From positions 1-64,000 of the forward strand of contig JALHPZ010000001.1 of NCBI GenBank assembly GCA_022842245.1: a stretch of DNA of 64,000 nt, given 5' to 3'. The stretch's first letter is position 1; the number at the start of each line of letters is the position of its first letter. The notes under the pieces are model-generated. The model was given only the letters and a program-made list of their open reading frames with translations. It made no database searches and was not told the origin of the DNA. The DNA is from Gemmataceae bacterium (GTDB lineage: Bacteria > Planctomycetota > Planctomycetia > Gemmatales > Gemmataceae). Both the position numbers and the translations under genes were made by a program. Of this stretch, positions 18,043-27,111 are shown piece by piece.

Positions 18043-18396
18043 ATGACCGCGAAGGACGGGGCGAACTGGCAAGCGACGCTGGCCGAGGTGGAGCGATCGA
18101 TCGACGACTGCCTCGCGGCACTGGCGAAGTACGAATCGGCCTTCGCGAAGGTGCTGCACGAGCCGGTCCCGCCGGTGCCCGCGCGGCCGCTGCCCGCGCC
18201 GACCGCCGCCTGGGACGACACGCTGGCCGATGCGGCGCGGCGCACGGATGAAGTCGAGCAACTCCTCGACGAGCAGGAGCGAGTCTGGGGCCGCTGGCGG
18301 CAGGCGCTCGGCCAGTGGCAACGCACTCTCGACGCCCTGCCGCCCGGCACCGTCGGCCGGACACCGCTTACCGCCACGGCTACAACGGCTCCATGA
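18043..18396 (+). CDS. hypothetical protein translationally coupled to ispD
   Basis: 117 aa. RBS GGAGG 7 nt upstream. Stop overlaps the ispD ATG (ATGA). Confidence 0.45.
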   Translation: MTAKDGANWQATLAEVERSIDDCLAALAKYESAFAKVLHEPVPPVPARPLPAPTAAWDDTLADAARRTDEVEQLLDEQERVWGRWRQALGQWQRTLDALPPGTVGRTPLTATATTAP

Positions 18397-19133
18397 GCGA
18401 CTTCGCCGTCATCCTCCCCGCCGCCGGTTCGTCCACCCGGTTCGGCGGACTCGAAAAGAAACCCTTCACGAGCCTCGACGGCCGACCGATCTGGCTCCGC
18501 TCCTGCGAACTCTTCTGGACGCGCCCCGACGTCGCGCGCGTCTACATCGTGATTGCCCCCGAAGACGGCGAGGTCTTCCGCGCCCGCTTCGGGCACCTGC
18601 TGCTGTTCGCGAACGCCGAGATCGTCGAGGGCGGGGCGGAGCGCTTCGAATCGGTGGCGAACGCGCTGGCGCGGGTGCCGGCGGAGGTGCCGTTCGTGGC
18701 GGTGCACGACGCAGTGCGGCCGCTGGTGGCGCCCCGGCAGATCGACGCGGTGTTCGCGAAGGCGCGCGAGACGGGTGCGGCGATGCTCGGCGTGCCGCTG
18801 GCGGACACCCTCAAACGGGTCGAGGGGGATGTCGTGCGCGGCACGGTGCCCCGCGCCGGGCTGTGGCAGGCGCAGACGCCGCAGGTCTTCCGGCGGGACT
18901 GGCTCGTCGAGGCCTACGCGAATCGGGGGCAGCTGTGCACCGCCATCACCGACGATGCGCAGTTGCTGGAGGCGGGCGGCCGCGCCGTCGCGATGGTGCC
19001 GGGGACGGCGGCGAACTTCAAGATCACAACGCAGGACGACCTCGCGCTCGCCGAGGCGGTGGTGCGATCGCGCGCGAAGCCGGTGGAGGAGAAGCCGCCC
19101 GCCCGCGGCTTCGGCGACGAGGCCGAGTGGTGA
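18393..19133 (+). CDS. ispD: 2-C-methyl-D-erythritol 4-phosphate cytidylyltransferase
   Basis: 246 aa. MSDFAVILPAAGSSTRFGG..KPF, ...VAVHDAVRPLV, ...TDDAQLLE motifs. Confidence 0.85.
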   Translation: MSDFAVILPAAGSSTRFGGLEKKPFTSLDGRPIWLRSCELFWTRPDVARVYIVIAPEDGEVFRARFGHLLLFANAEIVEGGAERFESVANALARVPAEVPFVAVHDAVRPLVAPRQIDAVFAKARETGAAMLGVPLADTLKRVEGDVVRGTVPRAGLWQAQTPQVFRRDWLVEAYANRGQLCTAITDDAQLLEAGGRAVAMVPGTAANFKITTQDDLALAEAVVRSRAKPVEEKPPARGFGDEAEW

Positions 19134-19687
19134 AGCGGTGCGGCCGAGTGAGTCCGCCGCCTTCGCGCCACCCCCCGGCGGACCCACTCGCGTTTTCCGG
19201 AATCGCCGTAGTTGGGTAACGACTTACGGCGAATTCCGGCGATTGCGGGACATCATGGAGCGAAGATTTCTCGATCCGCGACGATCGCGACTTCCAGCAG
19301 GACCTGACCTGATGAACAATGCCGAGCCTACGTTTTCGAGTGTGAAGCGGAAGTTTGGCGAAGCGTTCCGGGCCAAGTCCGACACTCCGCTGCCGAACTC
19401 AGTGCCGGCCTAGTTCGTCTGCCACAACTATGTTGTCTTTATCCGAGATGATGTGCGCGATGGGGATCGCGGTCGAATTCGGCGGCAGAACGGGACTGGG
19501 GCCGGAGAGCGAACGTCCGTGGATCGTCCGGTTTCCGGGCAATTGACCAAGGGCCTCTCGACGACGGAACTGCGGATGCTGATAAAGTTGACAAGCAGGG
19601 AGGTATCCTACAAGAAGACCACTTGATTCTGACGACCGAATGGCGCACAATTGAACAGTCATCACCGAAGTGGAGTGAAACCTGATA

Positions 19688-20215
19688 ATGCGTCGGCCAG
19701 GTAAGACGTACCGCGAAGGCGAGAACATCGAGGCGTGCAACCTGCCGAAGCCTCGCGTGGAAGACTACGCTCGTCGCGTCGCCGATCTGTTCGGTTTCAA
19801 AGTAGGCGGCGACATTACCGAAATCGTGGTGATGCTCGGCGGTACGATCCACTACCGCGAACTCGACGAACTGGTCGGCGAGAACGGCTCGATTTTTGTT
19901 CACGGGGCGCTGGACTTCGATATTCTCCTGCCAATGTACACAAGCCCGAATCGCGACAGATTCACTATTGCCCACGAGTTGGGGCACTACTTTCTTCACG
20001 CTGGTCAAGGCAAAGTCCCCGTGGTAGCGTACCGTAGCGGGTCCACTCGTATCGAGTGGGAAGCGAACTGGTTTGCGGCATCGCTGCTCATGCCACTCGA
20101 CAAGTTTGGCGATGCACTTCAAGAGTACGAAGGCGATGTCGAACAAGTGGCATTCAAATTTGGCGTTTCTGTCGAGGCTGCTACAGTGAGAAAAAATGCC
20201 ATCGGAAACCGATGA
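19688..20215 (+). CDS. ImmA/IrrE-family (COG2856, Peptidase_M78-like) zinc metallopeptidase, standalone (no HTH partner detected)
   Basis: 175 aa. HEXXH zinc motif within NRDRFTIAHELGHYFLH (H96/E97/H100). EANWFAASLLMP and VAFKFGVSVEAATVR match conserved ImmA segments. Lies in an AT-richer island. Confidence 0.8.
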   Translation: MRRPGKTYREGENIEACNLPKPRVEDYARRVADLFGFKVGGDITEIVVMLGGTIHYRELDELVGENGSIFVHGALDFDILLPMYTSPNRDRFTIAHELGHYFLHAGQGKVPVVAYRSGSTRIEWEANWFAASLLMPLDKFGDALQEYEGDVEQVAFKFGVSVEAATVRKNAIGNR

Positions 20216-21158
20216 GAAGTGGCGATGGAAACTTCGCCTGTTCGCCAGCGCGGATTTGGTCGGCTCCACCGCCTACAAAGTCAACCAATCACGAAACAAG
20301 ACGCCCGATTGGGCGTCTACCTTCCGCGAATTTTTCAACGACTTCCCGGCCTATCTCCTGAAGCAATACGAGGCACTTCCATCATCGAAGCATGGTAAGT
20401 GCCCGAAGACAGCACTGAAACCTTGGAAATTCCTTGGCGATGAGTGCCTTTTCGAGACCGAACTTGCCACACACCAGGATTCTGCCTTCCATGTCATGGC
20501 TTTTAAGCACGCCATCAAGCGATTCCCCGAACGTTGGAAGGAAAAGGGCACCCCGCTGCTTCTAAAAGGAACGATGTGGATTGCTGGGTTTCCAGTGGGT
20601 AACAGAGAACTGACACTTCGGTCGGATGGCCGGGATATCACCGACTACATTGGACCGTCCATCGACACTGGTTTCCGCATAACAAAATTCTCCTCCGAAC
20701 GAAAGCTCGCCTTGTCCGTTGACCTGTGCCTGTTGCTTGTGGAGGCGCTGGATGTTCTTGAGTGGTACAAGGAGAGTCATCAGATCGCGATTCGGTTTTC
20801 CGGGTGTGAGCCGCTCAAGGGTGTTCTAGACGGCAAGCCTTATCCGGTGATCTATCTGCATCTCTTTGATGGCGTGAAGACGACGGAAGAGGAACTACTG
20901 GAAGTCTCGCACGAGACGAACACGAACAAGCTCAAGAAGTACCTGCGAGAGTACGTCGATGCCCATCTACACCGCCCGTTCATGGCGACTGACACTAACG
21001 AAAAATTTCGGATTGTCCCGGATGGTTTTGAAATAAGACGAGAAGCGATGCGGTCTGATGAAGAAGGTCGAGATTTCGGCAAGCAACAATCTGCCGCAGT
21101 TCCTTCCCCGGAAGGGGCAGTAATAGAACTCGATCCACCCGTCGAAAAATCTAAGTGA
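20196..21158 (+). CDS. class III nucleotidyl cyclase-like protein (adenylate/guanylate cyclase fold) with uncharacterised C-terminal ~120-aa extension
   Basis: 320 aa, overlaps the ImmA gene by 20 nt. LFASADLVGSTAY matches the first metal-Asp motif (F-x-D-I-x-G-F-T). KPWKFLGDECLF matches the K-x-x-GD motif. GTMWIAGFPVGNRELT matches the IGIHTGPVVAGVIG position. DYIGPSIDTGFRITKF matches the YDVWGDTVNTASRMES position. Confidence 0.7.
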   Translation: MPSETDEKWRWKLRLFASADLVGSTAYKVNQSRNKTPDWASTFREFFNDFPAYLLKQYEALPSSKHGKCPKTALKPWKFLGDECLFETELATHQDSAFHVMAFKHAIKRFPERWKEKGTPLLLKGTMWIAGFPVGNRELTLRSDGRDITDYIGPSIDTGFRITKFSSERKLALSVDLCLLLVEALDVLEWYKESHQIAIRFSGCEPLKGVLDGKPYPVIYLHLFDGVKTTEEELLEVSHETNTNKLKKYLREYVDAHLHRPFMATDTNEKFRIVPDGFEIRREAMRSDEEGRDFGKQQSAAVPSPEGAVIELDPPVEKSK

Positions 21159-21460
21159 CTGTTGGCATACCAGAGAGAATTGCCGTTCACTCATCCTGTA
21201 CTTTTATTCCTCCCCATCCGGCACTTTTAATCGCCCGTCTACCACGCGCTCATTCCCGCCCTGCTTTCCGTCTACAAACGTCTAGTTAGCCCCTCCCGCG
21301 GCCGGGTTTCCTTCCGAAATCGCGCCGAAAACGGACTTTTTCCCCTTCGCGCGGTTGCACGCGGATACTGAACACAGGTATAGTATCTCCAGACGAGACC
21401 ACTGGGGAGTTCGGCACACGCCGCGACCACCCCGGCGGACGGCGACACCAGGAGGCGATC

Positions 21461-21907
21461 ATGGAAAGCTGGCGCAACGTCTGGCGGAACGGATTCGTTC
21501 CCACCCTCTCGGAACCGGGACTCGCGGCCCTCCGCGACGCCCTCCGCGGCGACGACGCCCGACTCACCCAGGGGTCCACCACCACGCCGCCGCCCTTGCT
21601 CTGCGTGCAGGACTGGCCGTGTGAAGGGGCGTGCGCCCTCGGCTTCTGCGGCTGGCAGGGGGAAGGACTCACGACCGTCGGCGAAGTCGAAGAGTACTTC
21701 GCCAAATCCTGCTACGAGGCGGACCACCGTCTGGGCGAGCCGGCGGCGTGCCGGCACTTTCTCAACTGGTTCGACGATACGCCGCGCGGCGCGATGCGGC
21801 GCGAGTTGCTGGCGGAAGTGGAGCTGGCGCTGGCGACGCGGGTGCCGGTGGAGCGGAAGACGCCGAAGGCCAAGCCGGCGGCGGCTGTGAAGACGGCGGC
21901 GGCCTGA
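21461..21907 (+). CDS. hypothetical protein
   Basis: 148 aa. RBS CAGGAGG. High-GC native codon usage. Cys cluster CVQDWPCEGACALGFC. Confidence 0.5.
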   Translation: MESWRNVWRNGFVPTLSEPGLAALRDALRGDDARLTQGSTTTPPPLLCVQDWPCEGACALGFCGWQGEGLTTVGEVEEYFAKSCYEADHRLGEPAACRHFLNWFDDTPRGAMRRELLAEVELALATRVPVERKTPKAKPAAAVKTAAA

Positions 21908-21977
21908 AACCAATGCGGAATTCGGAATGCGGAATGAAAACCAAGACCCAACCATCATCAACCGTGGAGCGATAGCC

Positions 21978-22331
21978 ATGATCTGCACGAATGTTGAATC
22001 GAACGCGAAGGTGTGCAAGAACTGCGGGCGGGCGAAGGTCAACCGGCCGCGTGGGCTGTGCTGGACCTGCTACTACGCCCCCGGCGTCAAGGACCGGTAC
22101 CCGAGCACGAGCAAGTACGCCCGGCGAGGCGAGGGGAACTTCACGGGCAACGCCCCGCTGCCGACGATCCCGACGACGGTGCCGCCGGGGACGCCGGAGA
22201 AGCTGGAAGTGCTGGCGCGGCGGGCGAAGCTGAAGCAGGCGCTCTGGCACCCGCTGGACGCGACGTACGCCGGCGACCCGCGCCCGGCCGAGTGGCTGGC
22301 GAAGCACGACCGCCACGACCTGGCGGCGTGA
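21978..22331 (+). CDS. zinc-ribbon hypothetical protein
   Basis: ~117 aa from MICTNVESNAKVCKNCGRAKVNRPRGLCWTCYY (CxxC...CxxC). RBS GGAG. Confidence 0.5.
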   Translation: MICTNVESNAKVCKNCGRAKVNRPRGLCWTCYYAPGVKDRYPSTSKYARRGEGNFTGNAPLPTIPTTVPPGTPEKLEVLARRAKLKQALWHPLDATYAGDPRPAEWLAKHDRHDLAA

Positions 22332-22488
22332 GAATCGGTGGACCGTTTCGGCGGGGAGGGACAGCTCCGCCGAGAGGAGCCCGCGGCGGGACAGGAAGCG
22401 TCCGCCGCGGGTGGTTTCATTTGCCGTAATGCCAATCACGATGCTATGAGACATTGACCGCGATCCGGGATCTCGATATCGCCGTGGA

Positions 22489-22689
22489 ATGAATATCCGG
22501 ATCCCAATTGCATTGGCGCTGACATTCACCTCTTCGGTTTTGGCTTCGGGTTGCCGCTACAAAACCTGCGAAGGCTGGGACCCGCCGGAAAAGCAACCGA
22601 ATGTGTTCGCTGAGCTCGCGGGCAATGAAAACCATCAATGGCAGATCAGTGGGCGACTCGACTTACCTCTGACCAAACAAGACGAGTAG
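22489..22689 (+). CDS. small putative lipoprotein
   Basis: 66 aa. Signal-like N-terminus ending in ASGC. Lower-GC patch. Confidence 0.3.
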   Translation: MNIRIPIALALTFTSSVLASGCRYKTCEGWDPPEKQPNVFAELAGNENHQWQISGRLDLPLTKQDE

Positions 22690-22749
22690 ACATGGCAAAA
22701 GGCTCGACGGTGTAATCCAGATCCAGCAATTCGGCGAAGTGTCCGATCA

Positions 22750-22998
22750 TCACGCTGCAAATTGGTCGATCTCCCGGAGTCGCGCCATGACCTGTTCCGG
22801 GGTATACCATTTCGCGTTGGGATCGTCCCGAATGCGTTCCAGTTCCTCGATCGTCACACCGAATTCGTGAATCCAGCGTTCGCCGGCGCGGGCGGGGAAG
22901 AACTGGCCGACGACCTCCCCGGCGGCGTTCTTGATTTCCACGGCGGAGCCGGCCGTCAGTTGGGCCAGAAGGTTGGCATCGTTGATCGTGATCGACAT
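22750..22998 (-). CDS. hypothetical small protein (82 aa)
   Basis: ATG 22998 with RBS GGGGAGA: MSITINDANLLAQLTAGSAVEIKNAAGEVVGQFF.... A 34-codon ORF follows in another frame. Confidence 0.4.
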   Translation of the reverse strand: MSITINDANLLAQLTAGSAVEIKNAAGEVVGQFFPARAGERWIHEFGVTIEELERIRDDPNAKWYTPEQVMARLREIDQFAA

Positions 22999-23213
22999 GG
23001 CGGTCTCCCCAAAACACTCGTTGTGAATTTTACTGGACCGTGGCCGGAAATTGAACAACATTCCTCGTTCGCCGCACCCATGAGAAACCGGTGAAGACGC
23101 TCCAATGCGTTATTGTCCCGCCGCAAGGGGAACGGTAAACTAGATTGATCGGTACGACGCCGTATCGTTTCCCGCCGCCAACCTGCCTGGCGGGGACGTG
23201 CCGATCCTCGACG

Positions 23214-25577
23214 ATGGAATCCATGAAGCCGATTGCTTGCCTGACACTGTTCGGGTTGGTCGCCGCCGGAGTGTACCTGGCGCCGGGTTCGAAGCCGCGC
23301 GAGACGGCAGCCGCCGAACCGGCGAAGAGCGACCAAAAGGCGTACGAGACGAAGATCGTCCCGTTCCTGAAGACGTACTGCAACAACTGCCACAACGAGA
23401 AGAAGGCCGGCGGGGGGCTGGACCTCGAGTTCTACAAGACCGAGGCGATCGCGAAGAAGGACCGCAAGACCTGGGAGCATATCCAGCAGCTGGTGACCGC
23501 CGGCGAGATGCCGAAGGCGAAGAGCAAGCAGCCGACGGCGGACGAGAAGGCGTTTTTCGTCGGTTGGATCGAGCAGAACCTGACGAAGGTGGACTGCGCC
23601 GGGCCGAAGGACCCCGGCCGCGTGACGATCCGCCGGCTCAACCGCGCGGAGTACAACAACACCATCCGCGACCTCTGCGGCGTCGACTTCAAGCCCGCTG
23701 AGAATTTCCCGTCCGACGACGTCGGCTACGGGTTCGACAACATCGGCGACGTGCTGTCCGTGCAGCCGATCCTGATCGAGAAGTACATGGCCGCGGCCGA
23801 CTCGATCCTCGAGCAGGCGATCGTGCCGCTCGACGGCATCAAGTCCAGCAACCAGATCTACCGCCCGCAGCAGATCCTCACGATCCCGCGCACCGCCAAG
23901 ACCCGCGAGACCGACGCGAGGGGCCGCGAGATCCGCCGCATCGTCTTCACCGAGGAAGGCTCGGCGTTCATCGAGAAGTTCAACTTCCCCGCCGAGGGCG
24001 AGTACATCCTCCGCATCCGTGCGTGGGGCACGAAGGTCGGCGGCGAAGATCCGAAGGCGATCTTCCGGATCGACGGGAAGGACATGAAGACCTTCACGGT
24101 GGACGCGCCGCAGGACAAGCCGAAGACGTTCGAGACGAAGGCGCGCGTGACGGCCGGGGAGAACAAGCGCGTGGCGGTGGCGTTTGCGAACGCCTTCACG
24201 GACAAGGAATCGAAGAAGAGCCGGACGCTGGGCATCGAAACGATCGAAGTGGAGGGGCCGCTTGGCGGGGCGCGGAAGCCGCTGCCGGACGCGATGAAGC
24301 TGCTCATCAAGGTGGTGCCGACGGAGGACGGACAAAAGCGGTCCGCGGCGGAAGCGAGCCTGTCGAACTTCGCGAGCCGGGCATTCCGTCGTCCGGTGAA
24401 GCCGGACGAGATGCAACGTCTGATGAAGCTGTTCGACCTCGCCGACCAGCAAGGCGACAAGTTCGAGCAGGCGATGAAGCTGCCGCTGAAGGCGATCCTC
24501 GTGTCGCCGCACTTCCTCTTCCGCATCGAGGAGGACCCGAAGAACCCGAACGACGCGAAGGCGATCTCGGAATTCGAACTGGCGACGCGGCTGTCGTATT
24601 TCCTCTGGTCGACGATGCCGGACGAGGAATTGTTCCGCCTCGCCGGCGCCGGCGAGTTGCGGAAGCCCGGCGTGCTGCAATCGCAAGTGAAGCGGATGCT
24701 GAAGGACCCGAAGGCGTCGGCCATGACGAAGAACTTCGCCGGGCAATGGCTGATGCTGCGGAACATCCTGACGCTCTCGCCCGACCCGAACACCTTCCGC
24801 ACGTGGGACGAATCGCTGCGCAGCTCGATCATCCGCGAGACGGAGCTGTTCTTCGAGCACATCGTCCAGGAAGACAGGAAGGTCCTCGAATTCCTGGACG
24901 CGAACTACACGTTCCTCAACGACCGGCTGTCGTGGCACTACGGCATTCCGGGCGTGAAGGGGGGCGAGTTCCGCAAGGTGACGCTGCCGGACGCGAAGCG
25001 CGGCGGCCTCGTGACGCAATCGAGCATCCTGCTCGTGACCTCGAACCCGACGCGGACCTCGCCGGTGAAGCGAGGAAAGTGGGTCTACGAGAACATCCTC
25101 GGCCTGACGGCCCCGCCGCCGGCACCGGACGTGCCCGAACTGGAAAAGACCGTGCTCAAGGGCACCCTGCGCCAGCGGATGGAGCAGCACCGGGCGAACC
25201 CCAGCTGCGCCGGATGCCACGAGAAGCTCGACCCGCTCGGATTTGGACTCGAGAACTTCGACGCCATCGGAAAGTGGCGCGAGCTGGACGAAGGCACGAA
25301 GATCGACGCCAGCGGCGTCCTCCCGGACGGCGCAAAATTCAACGGCCCGGCCGAACTCCGCAAAGTGCTGATGGGTAAGGCGGACCTGTTCCGCCGCTGC
25401 CTGTCGGAAAAACTGTTGACCTTCGCCTTGGGGCGTGGTCTAGAGTATTACGACAAATGCGTCCTCGACGACCTCGTGAAAAAGCTGAAAACCGGGGAAG
25501 ACCGCTTCTCCGCGCTGGTATTGGCCATTGTGGAAACCGACGCGTTCCAGAAGCGACGCGGCAAACGGAGCGAATGA
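23214..25577 (+). CDS. PSCyt (cytochrome-c-like CxxCH) + DUF1549/DUF1553 (PSD1) domain protein
   Basis: ~788 aa. Signal peptide. Heme-binding-like CNNCHN. Characteristic Planctomycete family paired with DUF1501. Confidence 0.85.
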   Translation: MESMKPIACLTLFGLVAAGVYLAPGSKPRETAAAEPAKSDQKAYETKIVPFLKTYCNNCHNEKKAGGGLDLEFYKTEAIAKKDRKTWEHIQQLVTAGEMPKAKSKQPTADEKAFFVGWIEQNLTKVDCAGPKDPGRVTIRRLNRAEYNNTIRDLCGVDFKPAENFPSDDVGYGFDNIGDVLSVQPILIEKYMAAADSILEQAIVPLDGIKSSNQIYRPQQILTIPRTAKTRETDARGREIRRIVFTEEGSAFIEKFNFPAEGEYILRIRAWGTKVGGEDPKAIFRIDGKDMKTFTVDAPQDKPKTFETKARVTAGENKRVAVAFANAFTDKESKKSRTLGIETIEVEGPLGGARKPLPDAMKLLIKVVPTEDGQKRSAAEASLSNFASRAFRRPVKPDEMQRLMKLFDLADQQGDKFEQAMKLPLKAILVSPHFLFRIEEDPKNPNDAKAISEFELATRLSYFLWSTMPDEELFRLAGAGELRKPGVLQSQVKRMLKDPKASAMTKNFAGQWLMLRNILTLSPDPNTFRTWDESLRSSIIRETELFFEHIVQEDRKVLEFLDANYTFLNDRLSWHYGIPGVKGGEFRKVTLPDAKRGGLVTQSSILLVTSNPTRTSPVKRGKWVYENILGLTAPPPAPDVPELEKTVLKGTLRQRMEQHRANPSCAGCHEKLDPLGFGLENFDAIGKWRELDEGTKIDASGVLPDGAKFNGPAELRKVLMGKADLFRRCLSEKLLTFALGRGLEYYDKCVLDDLVKKLKTGEDRFSALVLAIVETDAFQKRRGKRSE

Positions 25578-25578
25578 C

Positions 25579-26925
25579 ATGCGAGCGATTTCCCGCCGGA
25601 CGATGCTGAAGGGTGTGGGCACCGCCGTGGCGCTGCCGTGGCTCGAAGGCCTGGCCCGCGCCGCCGCCCCGTCGGCCGCGGCCGCCGTCACCCCGCCGCG
25701 CCGCCTCGCCTTCGTCTACGTCCCCAACGGCGTGGTCGTGCCCGACTGGTTCCCGAAGTCCGAAGGCAAGCTCGGCGACCTCCCCGACATCCTCAAGCCG
25801 CTCGCGCCGTTCAAGGACTCGCTCAACGTCCTCTCGAACATGACGCTCGACAAGGCCCGCGCCAACGGCGACGGCCCCGGCGACCACGCCCGCGCCATGT
25901 CCACCTTCCTCACCGGCCGTCAGCCCCGCAAGACCCACGGCGCCGACATCCGCATCGGCATCTCCGCCGACCAGCACGTCGCCAACGCCATCGGCGACCA
26001 GACGCGCTTCCCCTCGCTCGAACTCGGCATCGAGCGCGGCCAGCAGGCCGGGAACTGCGACTCCGGCTACAGCTGCGCCTACTCCTCGAACCTTTCCTGG
26101 CGCGGCGAGGCGACCCCGAACGCCAAGGAGACCGACCCGAAGGCGGTGTTCGACCGGCTCTTCGGCGGCAACGACCCGAAGGAACTCGCCGCCGCGCGGG
26201 CCAAGCGGGACCTCTACAACAAGTCGGTCCTCGACTTCGTGATGGACGACGCGAAGAGCCTCTCGAAGACCCTCGGCCAGGGCGACCAGCGGAAGCTGGA
26301 CGAATACCTGACGGCCGTGCGGGAAGTGGAAGACCGCATCCAGAAGGTGAAGAAGCTGAACGCCGAGCGGAAGCCGGTGCCGAAGCCGAACATGGAAGCC
26401 CCGAGCGGCATCCCGAAGGAGTTCTCCGAACACGTGCGCCTGATGGCGGACCTGATGGTCCTCGCCTTCCAGACCGACCTCACGCGCATCGCCACGCTGC
26501 CGATCGCCAACGACGGCAGCAACCGGCCGTACAAGACCATCGGCGTCTCGGAAGGCCACCACGAACTTTCGCACCACGGCCGCAATCAGGACAAGCTCGC
26601 CAAGCTGAAGAAGATCAACACGCACCACATGGAGCAGTTCGCCTACCTCGTCGAGAAGATGAGCAAGGTGAAGGAGGCCAACGGCACGACCCTGCTGGAC
26701 AACATCATGATGGTCTACGGCAGCGGCATCGGCGACGGCGACCGCCACAACCACGACGAACTGCCGATCCTGCTGGTCGGCAAGGGCGGCGGCAGCATCG
26801 AAGGCGGCCGGCACATCAAGGCCGCCCGCGAAACGCCGCTGATGAACCTCTACCTTGCCCTCTTCGAGCGGATGGGCGCCCCGATCACCCGCTTCGGCGA
26901 CAGCACCGGCGTGCTGAAGATCTGA
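25579..26925 (+). CDS. DUF1501 (sulfatase-like) protein with Tat signal
   Basis: 449 aa. MRAISRRTMLKGVGTAVALPWLEGLARA twin-arginine signal. Start ATG 2 nt after the upstream stop. Confidence 0.85.
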   Translation: MRAISRRTMLKGVGTAVALPWLEGLARAAAPSAAAAVTPPRRLAFVYVPNGVVVPDWFPKSEGKLGDLPDILKPLAPFKDSLNVLSNMTLDKARANGDGPGDHARAMSTFLTGRQPRKTHGADIRIGISADQHVANAIGDQTRFPSLELGIERGQQAGNCDSGYSCAYSSNLSWRGEATPNAKETDPKAVFDRLFGGNDPKELAAARAKRDLYNKSVLDFVMDDAKSLSKTLGQGDQRKLDEYLTAVREVEDRIQKVKKLNAERKPVPKPNMEAPSGIPKEFSEHVRLMADLMVLAFQTDLTRIATLPIANDGSNRPYKTIGVSEGHHELSHHGRNQDKLAKLKKINTHHMEQFAYLVEKMSKVKEANGTTLLDNIMMVYGSGIGDGDRHNHDELPILLVGKGGGSIEGGRHIKAARETPLMNLYLALFERMGAPITRFGDSTGVLKI

Positions 26926-26949
26926 GACGGGGAGCGATGAAACGCGAAC

Positions 26950-26985
26950 GCCCGGCGGCCACGCCGGGCGGCTCCTTGTTTATTG
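26950..26985 (+). terminator. rho-independent terminator after the DUF1501 gene
   Basis: Stem GCCCGGCG, loop gcca, stem CGCCGGGC, then GGCTCCTTGTTTATTG. Confidence 0.55.
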
Positions 26986-27111
26986 CCCAGTCCAATAGGC
27001 ATTCGCAATTCTCAACCGGCGATTCTCTTACAACACACGTAACTTTTAGTTTTTGCTTGACTGATTGATTGGCAATAACGATAATGCATTACTCGTCAGA
27101 GCGACGACACG

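Noticed and set aside
15625-18321. 898-aa minus ORF
   Set aside because: Antisense to the secreted protein gene 15469..16983 and to a hairpin terminator. Extreme Arg/Pro/Gly bias.
17793-19187. N-terminal extension of the 718-aa minus ORF beyond the isomerase core, and plus ORF 17151..17957
   Set aside because: The extension is Arg/Pro/Ala low complexity, overlaps ispD and the coupled small ORF on the other strand, and the isomerase has a good GTG start with an RBS at 17792.
19200-19690. Searched for an XRE/HTH (ImmR/CapH-like) gene upstream of the ImmA-like peptidase
   Set aside because: Only short ORFs (e.g. 19255..19413, 52 aa; a ~38-codon MLSLSE... frame) with no helix-turn-helix-like segment or RBS were found on either strand. 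I report the absence rather than invent a partner.
20852-21194. Minus-strand ORFs (112 aa, 75 aa) at the 3' end of the cyclase gene as possible effector
   Set aside because: Fully antisense to the cyclase coding sequence. No start context or hydrophobic (TM) segment.
22956-25220. 754-aa minus ORF, and 25339..26814 minus and 25638..27068 plus ORFs
   Set aside because: Antisense or out-of-frame relative to the PSD1/DUF1501 gene pair, which has signal peptides, a heme motif and tight coupling. Arg/Gly/Asp/His low complexity.
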